Below, piece after piece: positions 55,874-64,000 of a stretch of 64,000 bases of DNA. A program made the translations under genes and the position numbers. Origin of the DNA: an uncultured bacterium (GTDB lineage Bacteria; Planctomycetota; Uabimicrobiia; Uabimicrobiales; JABWCH01); contig CALKWO010000337.1 in NCBI GenBank assembly GCA_938003875.1, positions 6,105-70,104 on the forward strand, given 5' to 3'. The notes beneath the pieces were generated by a model. That model was not told the origin of the DNA. It was given only the letters and a program-made list of their open reading frames with translations, and did not search any database. Numbering within the stretch: position 1 is the first letter of the stretch; each line of letters begins with the position of its first letter.

Positions 55874-58800
55874 CTAAGGATTTTTCGATCCACTTTGAAT
55901 ACGATTTTTCAATTTGATTTCTTTTTCTAAGTATTCAACTTTTTTTTGGTATTCTTTATCTTCAATATCTTTACGTATGCTTTCACAAAATTCTATGGCA
56001 CCAAGAAAATTTTTGCTATTTTCATAACCTTTTACTATTGCAGTTATCAAGGCCATTCTGTTTTGCCATTTTAGGGAATTTTGTTTTTGCGCATTTTGTT
56101 TTGCCATTTTTTTTCTGTTCAATTGATGCAATATGAATTCGCTTCTTTCCGTAACATTAGGCACAAATACAGAAAATCGCTGAGAAAGCCAGATAGCCAT
56201 CTTTTCTTTTTTGTCTAAGTTTTCTAAGGAAATATCTGTTTCCAGCAAATTTATAACAAGATAATAGTGCCAGTCTTGTAACAATTGCCAGGATATTACT
56301 CCCATCAAAAGCATCATACTTATGCTCATCCAAAGCCTTTTAGATAATTTTCCAAAACTTTTTTTATTGGCTGCTTTTTTATCTTTAGATTGATACAGTT
56401 GCAGTTTTCTTTTTATATCTTCTCTGTCAGGAGAAAGTTCCAAAATGCGCAGATAGTATTGGATTGTCTGCTCCAGATTTCCTACTTGCTGATAAAAATC
56501 AGCCAGCGCATCATACTCTGCAATAGCTTTAACGGAGTTAGCTTCTTGCAGATAAATATCAATCAAGGTTTTCCTGCATTCTACAAGTCCATTGTCTATT
56601 TTTAGCAAAAGTTCACAAACTTTTTTTAAATTCCCCTGGCCTTGGTTTCCTTTTTCTTTGAGTATGGGAAGAAGCTCCAATCCTATTTTTTCCGCTTCTT
56701 TATAATCTCCTTCACGATAGGCGATTTCTAATAGCCCTAATTTTGCCATCTCTGCTTTGGTAGAATATTCCAAAGCACAACGATAGTATGTCGTGGCTTT
56801 ATTCTTTTGATCCCTTTGCAAATACAAATCACCTAACTTGGCAAAATATTCTGCTGCCTGTTCTCTCCTGCTAGGCGTAGTGGCTGCACGAGTCATGAGT
56901 TTGAGCAGTTCCAGGTTGTCAGGACTCATACTTTCAGCAGACTTCAAAATCATCTCACAAGATTTATCCATTCTGCTTGTGGAAGAAATATGCAAACGAG
57001 CATTTTCCAGAAGGACATTGGCTACCTCTCTCAAAAGCTCTTTGATTACGGCAACAAGAATAAGAATTCTATAAAAAGGCGATATGTTTTCCATTCCAGG
57101 CACTTCAAACCATTCTTTCCAGCGAAACATAGATATTAGCCTGTGATGAATCTGTCTGGCTTGTAGCTCACTCCATTTAAAATTCAAAGAAATTACTTTA
57201 GCATTAGGAATCAGAGTAGTAACATCAGGAATATAAGATTGAAACTGCTCCCAGTTTCCCTGGGCAATCACAAGTTCCAAATCTTTTTTTTCAGGCAGGC
57301 CAAAAAGTGCTTCCGCTCTGATAGGAGGGAATGCAATAGCCTCTCTGTATATGATTTGGCTACAATCTCTCTGTAAAATTTCTTTTAATACCTCTATTGC
57401 AGTCTCTTCATCTTGTATAAACTCTTGCTCAGAATTTTCGTCTTGCTGTTGTGTAATGGCAACACCTGATCTTGTAAACAATATACCTACCGTCTTGTTG
57501 GATCGCTTGACCATGATCCCGCCTGGTATAAAAATAGATTTATACAGTCTTACAAGGCTGATAAGATGTTTCAAAAAACCTTTATAATTTTCTTCTAGCA
57601 TAAGGCTTGTCGGATGCGGAGGAAGCAAGGGAAGGCTTCTGGTTGCCAACTGGTTTTCTTGCTTCATAACATAAAATTTCATCTTCTGTAAATTCCATCC
57701 CAGGGCATCTGCAAGCTTTATACAAAATACAGAATATGCAACCGCATTTTTATCGCTTTCTGGAGGAAAATCATATTTGGAAATCATGCTTTCATAATTT
57801 AGATCGCGGGTTTTCAGCTCTACTGTGTTGGAAGTAAGATTTAACAAGATGCTGTTTTCGCCAGATTCTTGGATGTGCAATATGCCTTCCTCTTTTCCTG
57901 TAGCAATTTTAGAAAGCATTTCTAGCCATTGTTGGAATTCTAACAAAATAGTCTGTTCTTCTGCTTCTGTCACCATTTCTTCGCAATGATCACAATATTG
58001 CTTATAGGATAGCAAATGATTCAGGCAAAGATTCTGCGTTTTACAGCGTGGACAATGAAATATCTGGTCTTTTTTGTTTAGTTTTCCACATCGCGGACAT
58101 GGAACAGTTTCCATACCCGATTGGATTTCATCCAGATAGTCTAGCAATTCTTCGCAATTCTGAAAACGATCTATGGGAGCTTTTGCCATCATTTTACGAA
58201 TACATTGCACTATATTCATAGAAACAGAAGGAACAATTTGCTCTAATGGGCAAGGATTTTCTGTAAGGTGCTTTTTCAGCAGCTCCATTACTGTATATTC
58301 TCCTCTAAAGGGAGGAAAACCTGCTAGTAAATGATAGAATGTTCCCCCTAAGGCATAGATGTCGGTTCTCTGATCCATAAATTCATTAGACCATTGTTCT
58401 GGTGCCATATAATGTGGAGTTCCAACAACTTTAGCTTGATTCACGATACTTTCATCTATAGCACAGGCAAGACCGAAGTCTGTCAACTTTACATTGCCAT
58501 TTTCATCTAGCATGATGTTTGCTGGCTTTATATCGCGGTGGATGATGTGCTTTTGATGAGCATAAGAAAGCCCTTTTGCTGCTTCCGTGATGATTTTAAT
58601 TGCCTCAGAAGGATCCAGCCTGCCTTTTTGGGACAGAACAGTGTCCAACGGTTTTCCTGGAATATACTGCGCTACAATATAATGTTTCTGCGATTCCTCA
58701 TGATACTCTATATCATAGATTTTCATGATATTAGGGTGTTCTAATCTTGCAATAGATTGGGCTTCAGCAAAAAAGCTTTTCAAGGATTCCTCGCTGGCAT

Positions 58801-58969
58801 TATGAAGAATCTTTATAGCAACGCTGGTTTGTAAAATTTCATGATAAGCACGATATACAGTTCCCATTCCTCCACGGCCTATCATGGCTTCAATTTTACA
58901 TTTTCCCAGAACAGTTCCAGGTTGCAGATCAAAACCTTGCTTTTGTTCTAAACTTTCCTCTTGTAGCAT
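55874..58969 (-). CDS. Hanks-type Ser/Thr protein kinase with Cys/His Zn-finger, TPR region and TM
   Basis: GRGGMG, VAIK, HRDIKPAN, DFG, GTPHYMAPE; CPRC..CPRC..C..H..CDHC. Confidence 0.93.
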   Translation of the reverse strand: MLQEESLEQKQGFDLQPGTVLGKCKIEAMIGRGGMGTVYRAYHEILQTSVAIKILHNASEESLKSFFAEAQSIARLEHPNIMKIYDIEYHEESQKHYIVAQYIPGKPLDTVLSQKGRLDPSEAIKIITEAAKGLSYAHQKHIIHRDIKPANIMLDENGNVKLTDFGLACAIDESIVNQAKVVGTPHYMAPEQWSNEFMDQRTDIYALGGTFYHLLAGFPPFRGEYTVMELLKKHLTENPCPLEQIVPSVSMNIVQCIRKMMAKAPIDRFQNCEELLDYLDEIQSGMETVPCPRCGKLNKKDQIFHCPRCKTQNLCLNHLLSYKQYCDHCEEMVTEAEEQTILLEFQQWLEMLSKIATGKEEGILHIQESGENSILLNLTSNTVELKTRDLNYESMISKYDFPPESDKNAVAYSVFCIKLADALGWNLQKMKFYVMKQENQLATRSLPLLPPHPTSLMLEENYKGFLKHLISLVRLYKSIFIPGGIMVKRSNKTVGILFTRSGVAITQQQDENSEQEFIQDEETAIEVLKEILQRDCSQIIYREAIAFPPIRAEALFGLPEKKDLELVIAQGNWEQFQSYIPDVTTLIPNAKVISLNFKWSELQARQIHHRLISMFRWKEWFEVPGMENISPFYRILILVAVIKELLREVANVLLENARLHISSTSRMDKSCEMILKSAESMSPDNLELLKLMTRAATTPSRREQAAEYFAKLGDLYLQRDQKNKATTYYRCALEYSTKAEMAKLGLLEIAYREGDYKEAEKIGLELLPILKEKGNQGQGNLKKVCELLLKIDNGLVECRKTLIDIYLQEANSVKAIAEYDALADFYQQVGNLEQTIQYYLRILELSPDREDIKRKLQLYQSKDKKAANKKSFGKLSKRLWMSISMMLLMGVISWQLLQDWHYYLVINLLETDISLENLDKKEKMAIWLSQRFSVFVPNVTERSEFILHQLNRKKMAKQNAQKQNSLKWQNRMALITAIVKGYENSKNFLGAIEFCESIRKDIEDKEYQKKVEYLEKEIKLKNRIQSGSKNP

Positions 58970-58982
58970 GGTATTTCCTCTT

Positions 58983-61900
58983 CTATTTTAAAACAATATG
59001 AATTTTCCAAATATAGTTGGCATTGGTTCTTATGGTTTGTCTTTGGTATTCTTTCAATCCTCTGCTTATTGCACGAATAAAAGGAAATTGTGCTGGCGAA
59101 TAGCGATAGACCAAAGGGCTTGTGCCGATAAACTCTTCCTCATTATAACATCTTAAACCAGAAGGATCTGTTTCAACCACTAAAGGTAGAGTCATTTCCT
59201 TTACTGTAGGTGTGGATTGAAAATTAGGATTATTCAATATTCGATAATAAACATCTATAGCCTGTGCATAGTCTTTTTGCTGCTCATAGCGAAGGGCTCT
59301 TTGTAATAGCCTTTGTGCCTGTTGGTTAAGCTCTTCTTCTTTTTGTATTAATTTTTCGTGAAAATCTTTTGCCAGATTGGCTACTTTAGAAGCAATTTTT
59401 TCATTACTAAACTGGTCTTTCGCAAGATTGCATAGTTCCGTAGCTTCTTTCCAGTTTTGGCGTTTTTCATAAAATTCTAATACATAGTCTATGCCTTTCC
59501 AAAGCTTTCCTTCTTGCTGTTCGTTTTGTTTTTTGTAAGCATTGACTCTATCGTTTTCCATACGAATAAGCAAATCCATGCTTTGAGCTGCTACATTAGA
59601 TATGTAAAGACTTGTAGCATAGTCCATCAGAGAAAGCCTGAAGGTATTATATTTTTCCTTATTATGCATCTCTGCCTGTATTATAGCAAGATTTTTCCAG
59701 GCATCTTGTTCGCGCCATATTACAAAAATCAAAGAAAGGCCGAAAATCATGCTCACAAGGCTAACAGGAATGACCTTTTTTAGCCAGGCTAAATTTCTAG
59801 GCATTTTTTTCCAGTCTTTATAGCCTAACTTTTGTAGCCTTTTTTTCATATCTATTCTTTTATTATCCAGGGCAAGAAGAGATACTATGGCTTTTGCTGC
59901 AGCTTCCTTATCGTCTGCTTTTTCATATATCTGTACCAACGCTTCGTATTCTGCAATAGCTTTTTCTTTGTCTTTTCTCTTTGTGTAAATCTTGATAAGT
60001 TCGTCACGGCAAAGTGCAAGGCTGCTATCTACATTAAGAAGAGATTTGCATACCTTCTCCATGACTTTTTCGTCGCCATCGTTGCTTTGTCTGAGATAAT
60101 GAAAAAACTCCAAAGAGGCCTCTTTGAGCTTTTCCCTATTGTCGAGTTTTTCATAAATTTCTATTACTTTTAAACGGTTGAGACGGTTTTGAGGATATAA
60201 AGTAATGGCTTTTTCATAAGCGGGCAAGGCAAGTCCTATATCCCCTTTCTTTTCATATAATTCTGCTACTTTTGACATAAAAAGAGAGGCATTGGTACTA
60301 TCTTGGACAGAATGATAGAATTGAGAAATTTTTGAACAAAGTTCTATGCTTTCAGGGTTGAGATAATAGGCCTGCAAAAAAATGGATTCCAAAGTTTTTG
60401 AAGCTATTCTATCTCCATATTTTCCAATATTTTCTAATAAAATTTTGGTTACTTCGATAATTCTGTCTTTAGCGATTGCGGCTAATAAAAAGCATGCAGA
60501 AAGTTCAGGCAAACCTGTCAGCGATAATACAGTGCCTATATCCCACGACTGCGATAGATTTTTGGCTATGATAGTGCTTAAATTGTTTATGTCTATGCCT
60601 GTAAAGGGTTTTTCCCAATCTGGGCAAAGAGGTAGAAGAGAATGAGCTTCTGGGAGTAACTGACCCAAGGCTATCCATCCTTTGGCCTGGCGTAAAACTT
60701 CCAGAAAATCCTCTGCTGAAAAGGGGAAAATAGGCAACTCTTTGATATTGAATCCATACCAAAAGCGATTTTGGATGCTGGTGCATGTTGGATTAAAAAA
60801 GCTTTCCAGGAGCGAAAAAGCTGCCTGGGAATCCTGAAGAGGTACAAAATTTTTTTCATCTTCCTGGGAAAATGTCCCTACGACAACTCCTGGTAAAGAA
60901 AATATCATCGCTAATTTTTTCTTTTGTGCAGTAAGGCACACACCACCCTCTGTTATGAGATTGCGAAAAATACGTGTCACCTGAGAGAATGCAATCAAAT
61001 AGCCTCCAGGATGAAGTTCAAGACTTGCTGCTTTTTGATAGGATGGCAAAACTTTTTCAATCGTGTCGTTTTCCCAAAATTCAAAAATAGAATCTCCTGT
61101 TCTTAAATAATGAACCAGAGAATGGCACGCGATTTCCCAGTTGGGGTCTTCGGTATTGCTTGTATCCAGAGCAGGAATACCGCTTCCATTATAGAATTCT
61201 ATTCCTTCCGAAAGAATATCCAGGGCGACTTCATTCGGTTTTCTGCCTAAAACCAAAACCCCTGTTTTTGCATTGTTTGCAATGTCTCTGAGTGTATGGA
61301 TCAATTTGTGCCATTCTTCAGGACGCTCGGAAATACGTTTGGTCTGCCGCTTGGTTCCTTCTACACAACGATTGCAACATTGTTTATCAGGGATAAGATG
61401 ACTAAGGCATAGGCTTTCTGTATTGCATATATTGCAAGTAAAAACATCGCTGGCAATATTTTTTTTGCCGCAGCGTGGACATACGAAAAAGCGATATTGA
61501 ACTGCAAGTTTTTCTAGCTCTATAAGACATTGCTTTGCATCTACAAAACGATCTTGAGGTTCCAGTGTCAGCATAGAAAATAAAAAAGATGCTACGGGAT
61601 CAGGCACAGTAGAAGAGTAGCGGAGTAAACCTATAGGATAGCTCTTCTTTTTAGAGCTGTCATCCACAACCATACGGAAAGAAGATGTATGGCGTTTTGT
61701 ATTCATAAAGCGGTCTTTGCTGGAAGAAATTTTTACATTAGGGATGTACCTTCTGGTTTCACTATAGTCTCCATCTGTTTCCGCACCATAGGGCAATTCT
61801 CCTGTAAGCAATTGAAAGAAAATACAGCCTAAGCTATAAATATCGCTGGCAAAAGTCGGAGAACCAGAGGAAAATAATTCTGGAGCTAAATAAGCATAGT

Positions 61901-62414
61901 TCCCTTTGACTCTGGATACTCCTTCCACACAGATAGGAGTAACGCCAAAACCTTTAACGAATAGCTTCTGATTTTCTGATTCAACGATATTTTCCAGACA
62001 TAAATTGCCATGAACGACTTCTTTTTCATGAGCAGCAGCCATAATACGGACTATATCCAGCATGATCTGGATAGATTCTTCCAGAGGCAGCCCTTTTTTC
62101 CCCCGTATAACCTCTTCCAGATTTTTCCCTTCTATCCATTGTTCAACAACATAATTCTGTTTGAGAATTTCTGCTATAGCAGCATCGTAAACAGTAGCAA
62201 TATGTTCATGCTCTAAAGCTAAAACTTTTTGGAAATTTTGAAGTAAAAATTGAATACTATAATATGATGGTAGAAGCTTGATAGTCACTCTTCTTTCCAA
62301 AGATTCCTGTTTCCCTAAAAAAACAATGCCAGAGGCTTCTTCCCTCATGAATTCTTCAATTCTGAACTTACCTAAGTATTGGCCTAAAAATTTTTGATAT
62401 ATTTCATTGCTCAT
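58983..62414 (-). CDS. Pseudokinase paralog with Zn-finger, TPR, TM and C-terminal PEGA-like domain
   Basis: Kinase fold without Gly loop, HGN for HRD, GFG for DFG, APE kept; CPRC..CNIC..CLSH..CNRC; VETDPSG...IGTSPL. Confidence 0.85.
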   Translation of the reverse strand: MSNEIYQKFLGQYLGKFRIEEFMREEASGIVFLGKQESLERRVTIKLLPSYYSIQFLLQNFQKVLALEHEHIATVYDAAIAEILKQNYVVEQWIEGKNLEEVIRGKKGLPLEESIQIMLDIVRIMAAAHEKEVVHGNLCLENIVESENQKLFVKGFGVTPICVEGVSRVKGNYAYLAPELFSSGSPTFASDIYSLGCIFFQLLTGELPYGAETDGDYSETRRYIPNVKISSSKDRFMNTKRHTSSFRMVVDDSSKKKSYPIGLLRYSSTVPDPVASFLFSMLTLEPQDRFVDAKQCLIELEKLAVQYRFFVCPRCGKKNIASDVFTCNICNTESLCLSHLIPDKQCCNRCVEGTKRQTKRISERPEEWHKLIHTLRDIANNAKTGVLVLGRKPNEVALDILSEGIEFYNGSGIPALDTSNTEDPNWEIACHSLVHYLRTGDSIFEFWENDTIEKVLPSYQKAASLELHPGGYLIAFSQVTRIFRNLITEGGVCLTAQKKKLAMIFSLPGVVVGTFSQEDEKNFVPLQDSQAAFSLLESFFNPTCTSIQNRFWYGFNIKELPIFPFSAEDFLEVLRQAKGWIALGQLLPEAHSLLPLCPDWEKPFTGIDINNLSTIIAKNLSQSWDIGTVLSLTGLPELSACFLLAAIAKDRIIEVTKILLENIGKYGDRIASKTLESIFLQAYYLNPESIELCSKISQFYHSVQDSTNASLFMSKVAELYEKKGDIGLALPAYEKAITLYPQNRLNRLKVIEIYEKLDNREKLKEASLEFFHYLRQSNDGDEKVMEKVCKSLLNVDSSLALCRDELIKIYTKRKDKEKAIAEYEALVQIYEKADDKEAAAKAIVSLLALDNKRIDMKKRLQKLGYKDWKKMPRNLAWLKKVIPVSLVSMIFGLSLIFVIWREQDAWKNLAIIQAEMHNKEKYNTFRLSLMDYATSLYISNVAAQSMDLLIRMENDRVNAYKKQNEQQEGKLWKGIDYVLEFYEKRQNWKEATELCNLAKDQFSNEKIASKVANLAKDFHEKLIQKEEELNQQAQRLLQRALRYEQQKDYAQAIDVYYRILNNPNFQSTPTVKEMTLPLVVETDPSGLRCYNEEEFIGTSPLVYRYSPAQFPFIRAISRGLKEYQRQTIRTNANYIWKIHIVLK

Positions 62415-62488
62415 ATATTACTCTCCTGGAACCACCAGGCTTTGATTCTATAAATTTCATTCCCTTTTACTCTAAGCCTGCGGTCACT

Positions 62489-63037
62489 TTACTGTTCATC
62501 CTCATCTTCATTTTCGTTTTCTTCTGAGCTATCCATAATTTCTTTAATCAGGCTATCAATGGCTGGGCTGGTTTCTGACTCTTGCTCCTTGGCTTTCTCT
62601 AAAAGCCTTGAAGGTCTTGAGCCTGGATCTTTGCCTGTTTCCAGCAAGCCTGTTATTCTGGTGCGTACTTCATCCAACGCTTCCAAGATGGCACCCATGC
62701 TTCGAAAGAATTGCGTAGAAGTAAAGTGGGAATCTTCTATAGGAATATCTACACATGCATTCACTTCGCCATCTTCTTTATCATATCCGAATTTTACTAA
62801 TTTTCTTTGGTAGTTGACCTCAGAGAGTAATAGTAAAATCGCTTCTTTATATCTACCTTCTCTATATTGATAAAAATTTAATGTGCGAAATTGTAAGAAT
62901 TCCCCGCCTTCTTCCAGCCTTACCAGAATAACATTAGGAGCAAAACTCATGATAAAGACTTCTTTTTCTGCATCGTATAAATATTTTACTGATTTTTCAT
63001 CTAAAAAAGAACGTATATCTTCTATATGAGTAGCCAT
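62489..63037 (-). CDS. YbjN/type III chaperone-like domain protein with acidic tail
   Basis: L..VNY...LVKFGYD.EDGEV...DIP.ED pattern. Confidence 0.65.
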   Translation of the reverse strand: MATHIEDIRSFLDEKSVKYLYDAEKEVFIMSFAPNVILVRLEEGGEFLQFRTLNFYQYREGRYKEAILLLLSEVNYQRKLVKFGYDKEDGEVNACVDIPIEDSHFTSTQFFRSMGAILEALDEVRTRITGLLETGKDPGSRPSRLLEKAKEQESETSPAIDSLIKEIMDSSEENENEDEDEQ

Positions 63038-63222
63038 GGGGTATATCTCCCAAAGAATAAAATTTTATAATTATGCCAGAATAGTACGTTTATATATTGA
63101 AAAAATACTGAATCAAAAAGTAACATGAAAGAACCAGGAATGCAAATAAAATTTTTTGATGAATTGATTAGATTTTTTCATTCCTTGCAATCGGGCATTT
63201 TTTCTTTCAGGCATGATTGTTA

Positions 63223-63999
63223 TTATTTCAATAATAGTTTAAAACTTCTGGAAATACCGATATGCTCATAGGGATGAGCATCTTTTTTCTCTATATGGAT
63301 ACCGCCCAGATTGAAGTTGCCCACACAGATACGCATTTTTTTTTCACCTTCTTGTATGGTGTCTGCCGTTCGGACATAGCCGTTGTACATCATGCCTTCC
63401 ATTGTCTGGGATTTAGGATCTAAGAGCCATCCGATAATTTCTTCGCATGTTCTTGCTGGCTGAAAAGGGATTCCTTTGCTTTTAGAATATTCCTCCAACA
63501 TCCTTTTTTGCTCTTTCCATGGTTCTTTCAAAGCAAAAGGCTTGCCAAAACCAAGTATAACCCCAGGCTCTGTAGGCATTTGTGCAAAATCCATACTGTG
63601 ATACCAGATTCCTGCACGAAATCGGTTCACTTTTTGCCTGATAGCATTTAGCGAAAGAATTCCAGGGAGTACAGCGATATAAACCTGTTCCTCTTTTAGC
63701 TCAGCAATGCTGAAACGGTTGAGCTTCATTTGCTCATAAAGCCTGTACGCTATTTCTTTGCGAATCTCCAATAGTTTTTCTCTTTCGGTATTCGAGAAAA
63801 AAATCCCAAAGGCTTGTTCTGTGGAGGAAATATCAAAAATAGGAATTCCTTCCTGCTTTAAATAAGATATGGCATCTACAGGATAGGAAGATCTTGGAGA
63901 ATAGCTGAGATTTGTAGCTACGGAGGAATAGACTTTGGAAATTTTTTGCTCTTTGGGTTGCATTTCATAGGATTGGATGCCTTTTGGAGCTGCCAACAC
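63223..63999 (-). CDS. Hypothetical protein, 5'-partial
   Basis: Open frame to the window end. Confidence 0.6.
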   Translation of the reverse strand: MLAAPKGIQSYEMQPKEQKISKVYSSVATNLSYSPRSSYPVDAISYLKQEGIPIFDISSTEQAFGIFFSNTEREKLLEIRKEIAYRLYEQMKLNRFSIAELKEEQVYIAVLPGILSLNAIRQKVNRFRAGIWYHSMDFAQMPTEPGVILGFGKPFALKEPWKEQKRMLEEYSKSKGIPFQPARTCEEIIGWLLDPKSQTMEGMMYNGYVRTADTIQEGEKKMRICVGNFNLGGIHIEKKDAHPYEHIGISRSFKLLLK

Positions 64000-64000
64000 A

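Overview
AT-rich, gene-dense bacterial chromosomal window. It most likely comes from a PVC/Planctomycetota organism: it encodes the PVC signature small basic protein, FGE-sulfatase and TPR fusions, Hanks kinases and a terpene-cyclase-like repeat protein. Housekeeping and metabolic genes include hutH, pepP, tgt, a clpX-like gene, pepC, ftsH, skp, glpK, an ECF sigma factor and an aminotransferase. No rRNA, tRNA, CRISPR array, transposase or integrase was seen. Main points of interest: (1) Six dispersed 41-44 bp hairpins with two extrahelical bases and compensatory base changes. They resemble the L-box core of integron attC sites and all six are co-oriented with the flanking genes. Two sit inside a ~175-bp element bounded by TCTAAC...GTTA(G/A)A and flanked by copy-specific degenerate direct repeats with the same 194-bp period. 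(2) Further REP-like palindrome families that nest into composite structures. (3) A Haliangium-type bacterial microcompartment core (acylating AldDH, BMC-H, two BMC-T, no pentamer), heading a run that includes a ClpX lacking its zinc-binding domain coupled to a multi-Zn-ribbon/J-like protein. (4) A promoter-driven structured leader or ncRNA upstream of the PVC signature gene. (5) A kinase/pseudokinase paralog pair followed by a membrane protein with GYY-repeat low-complexity sequence. All product calls come from motif recognition by eye; no database searches were run.
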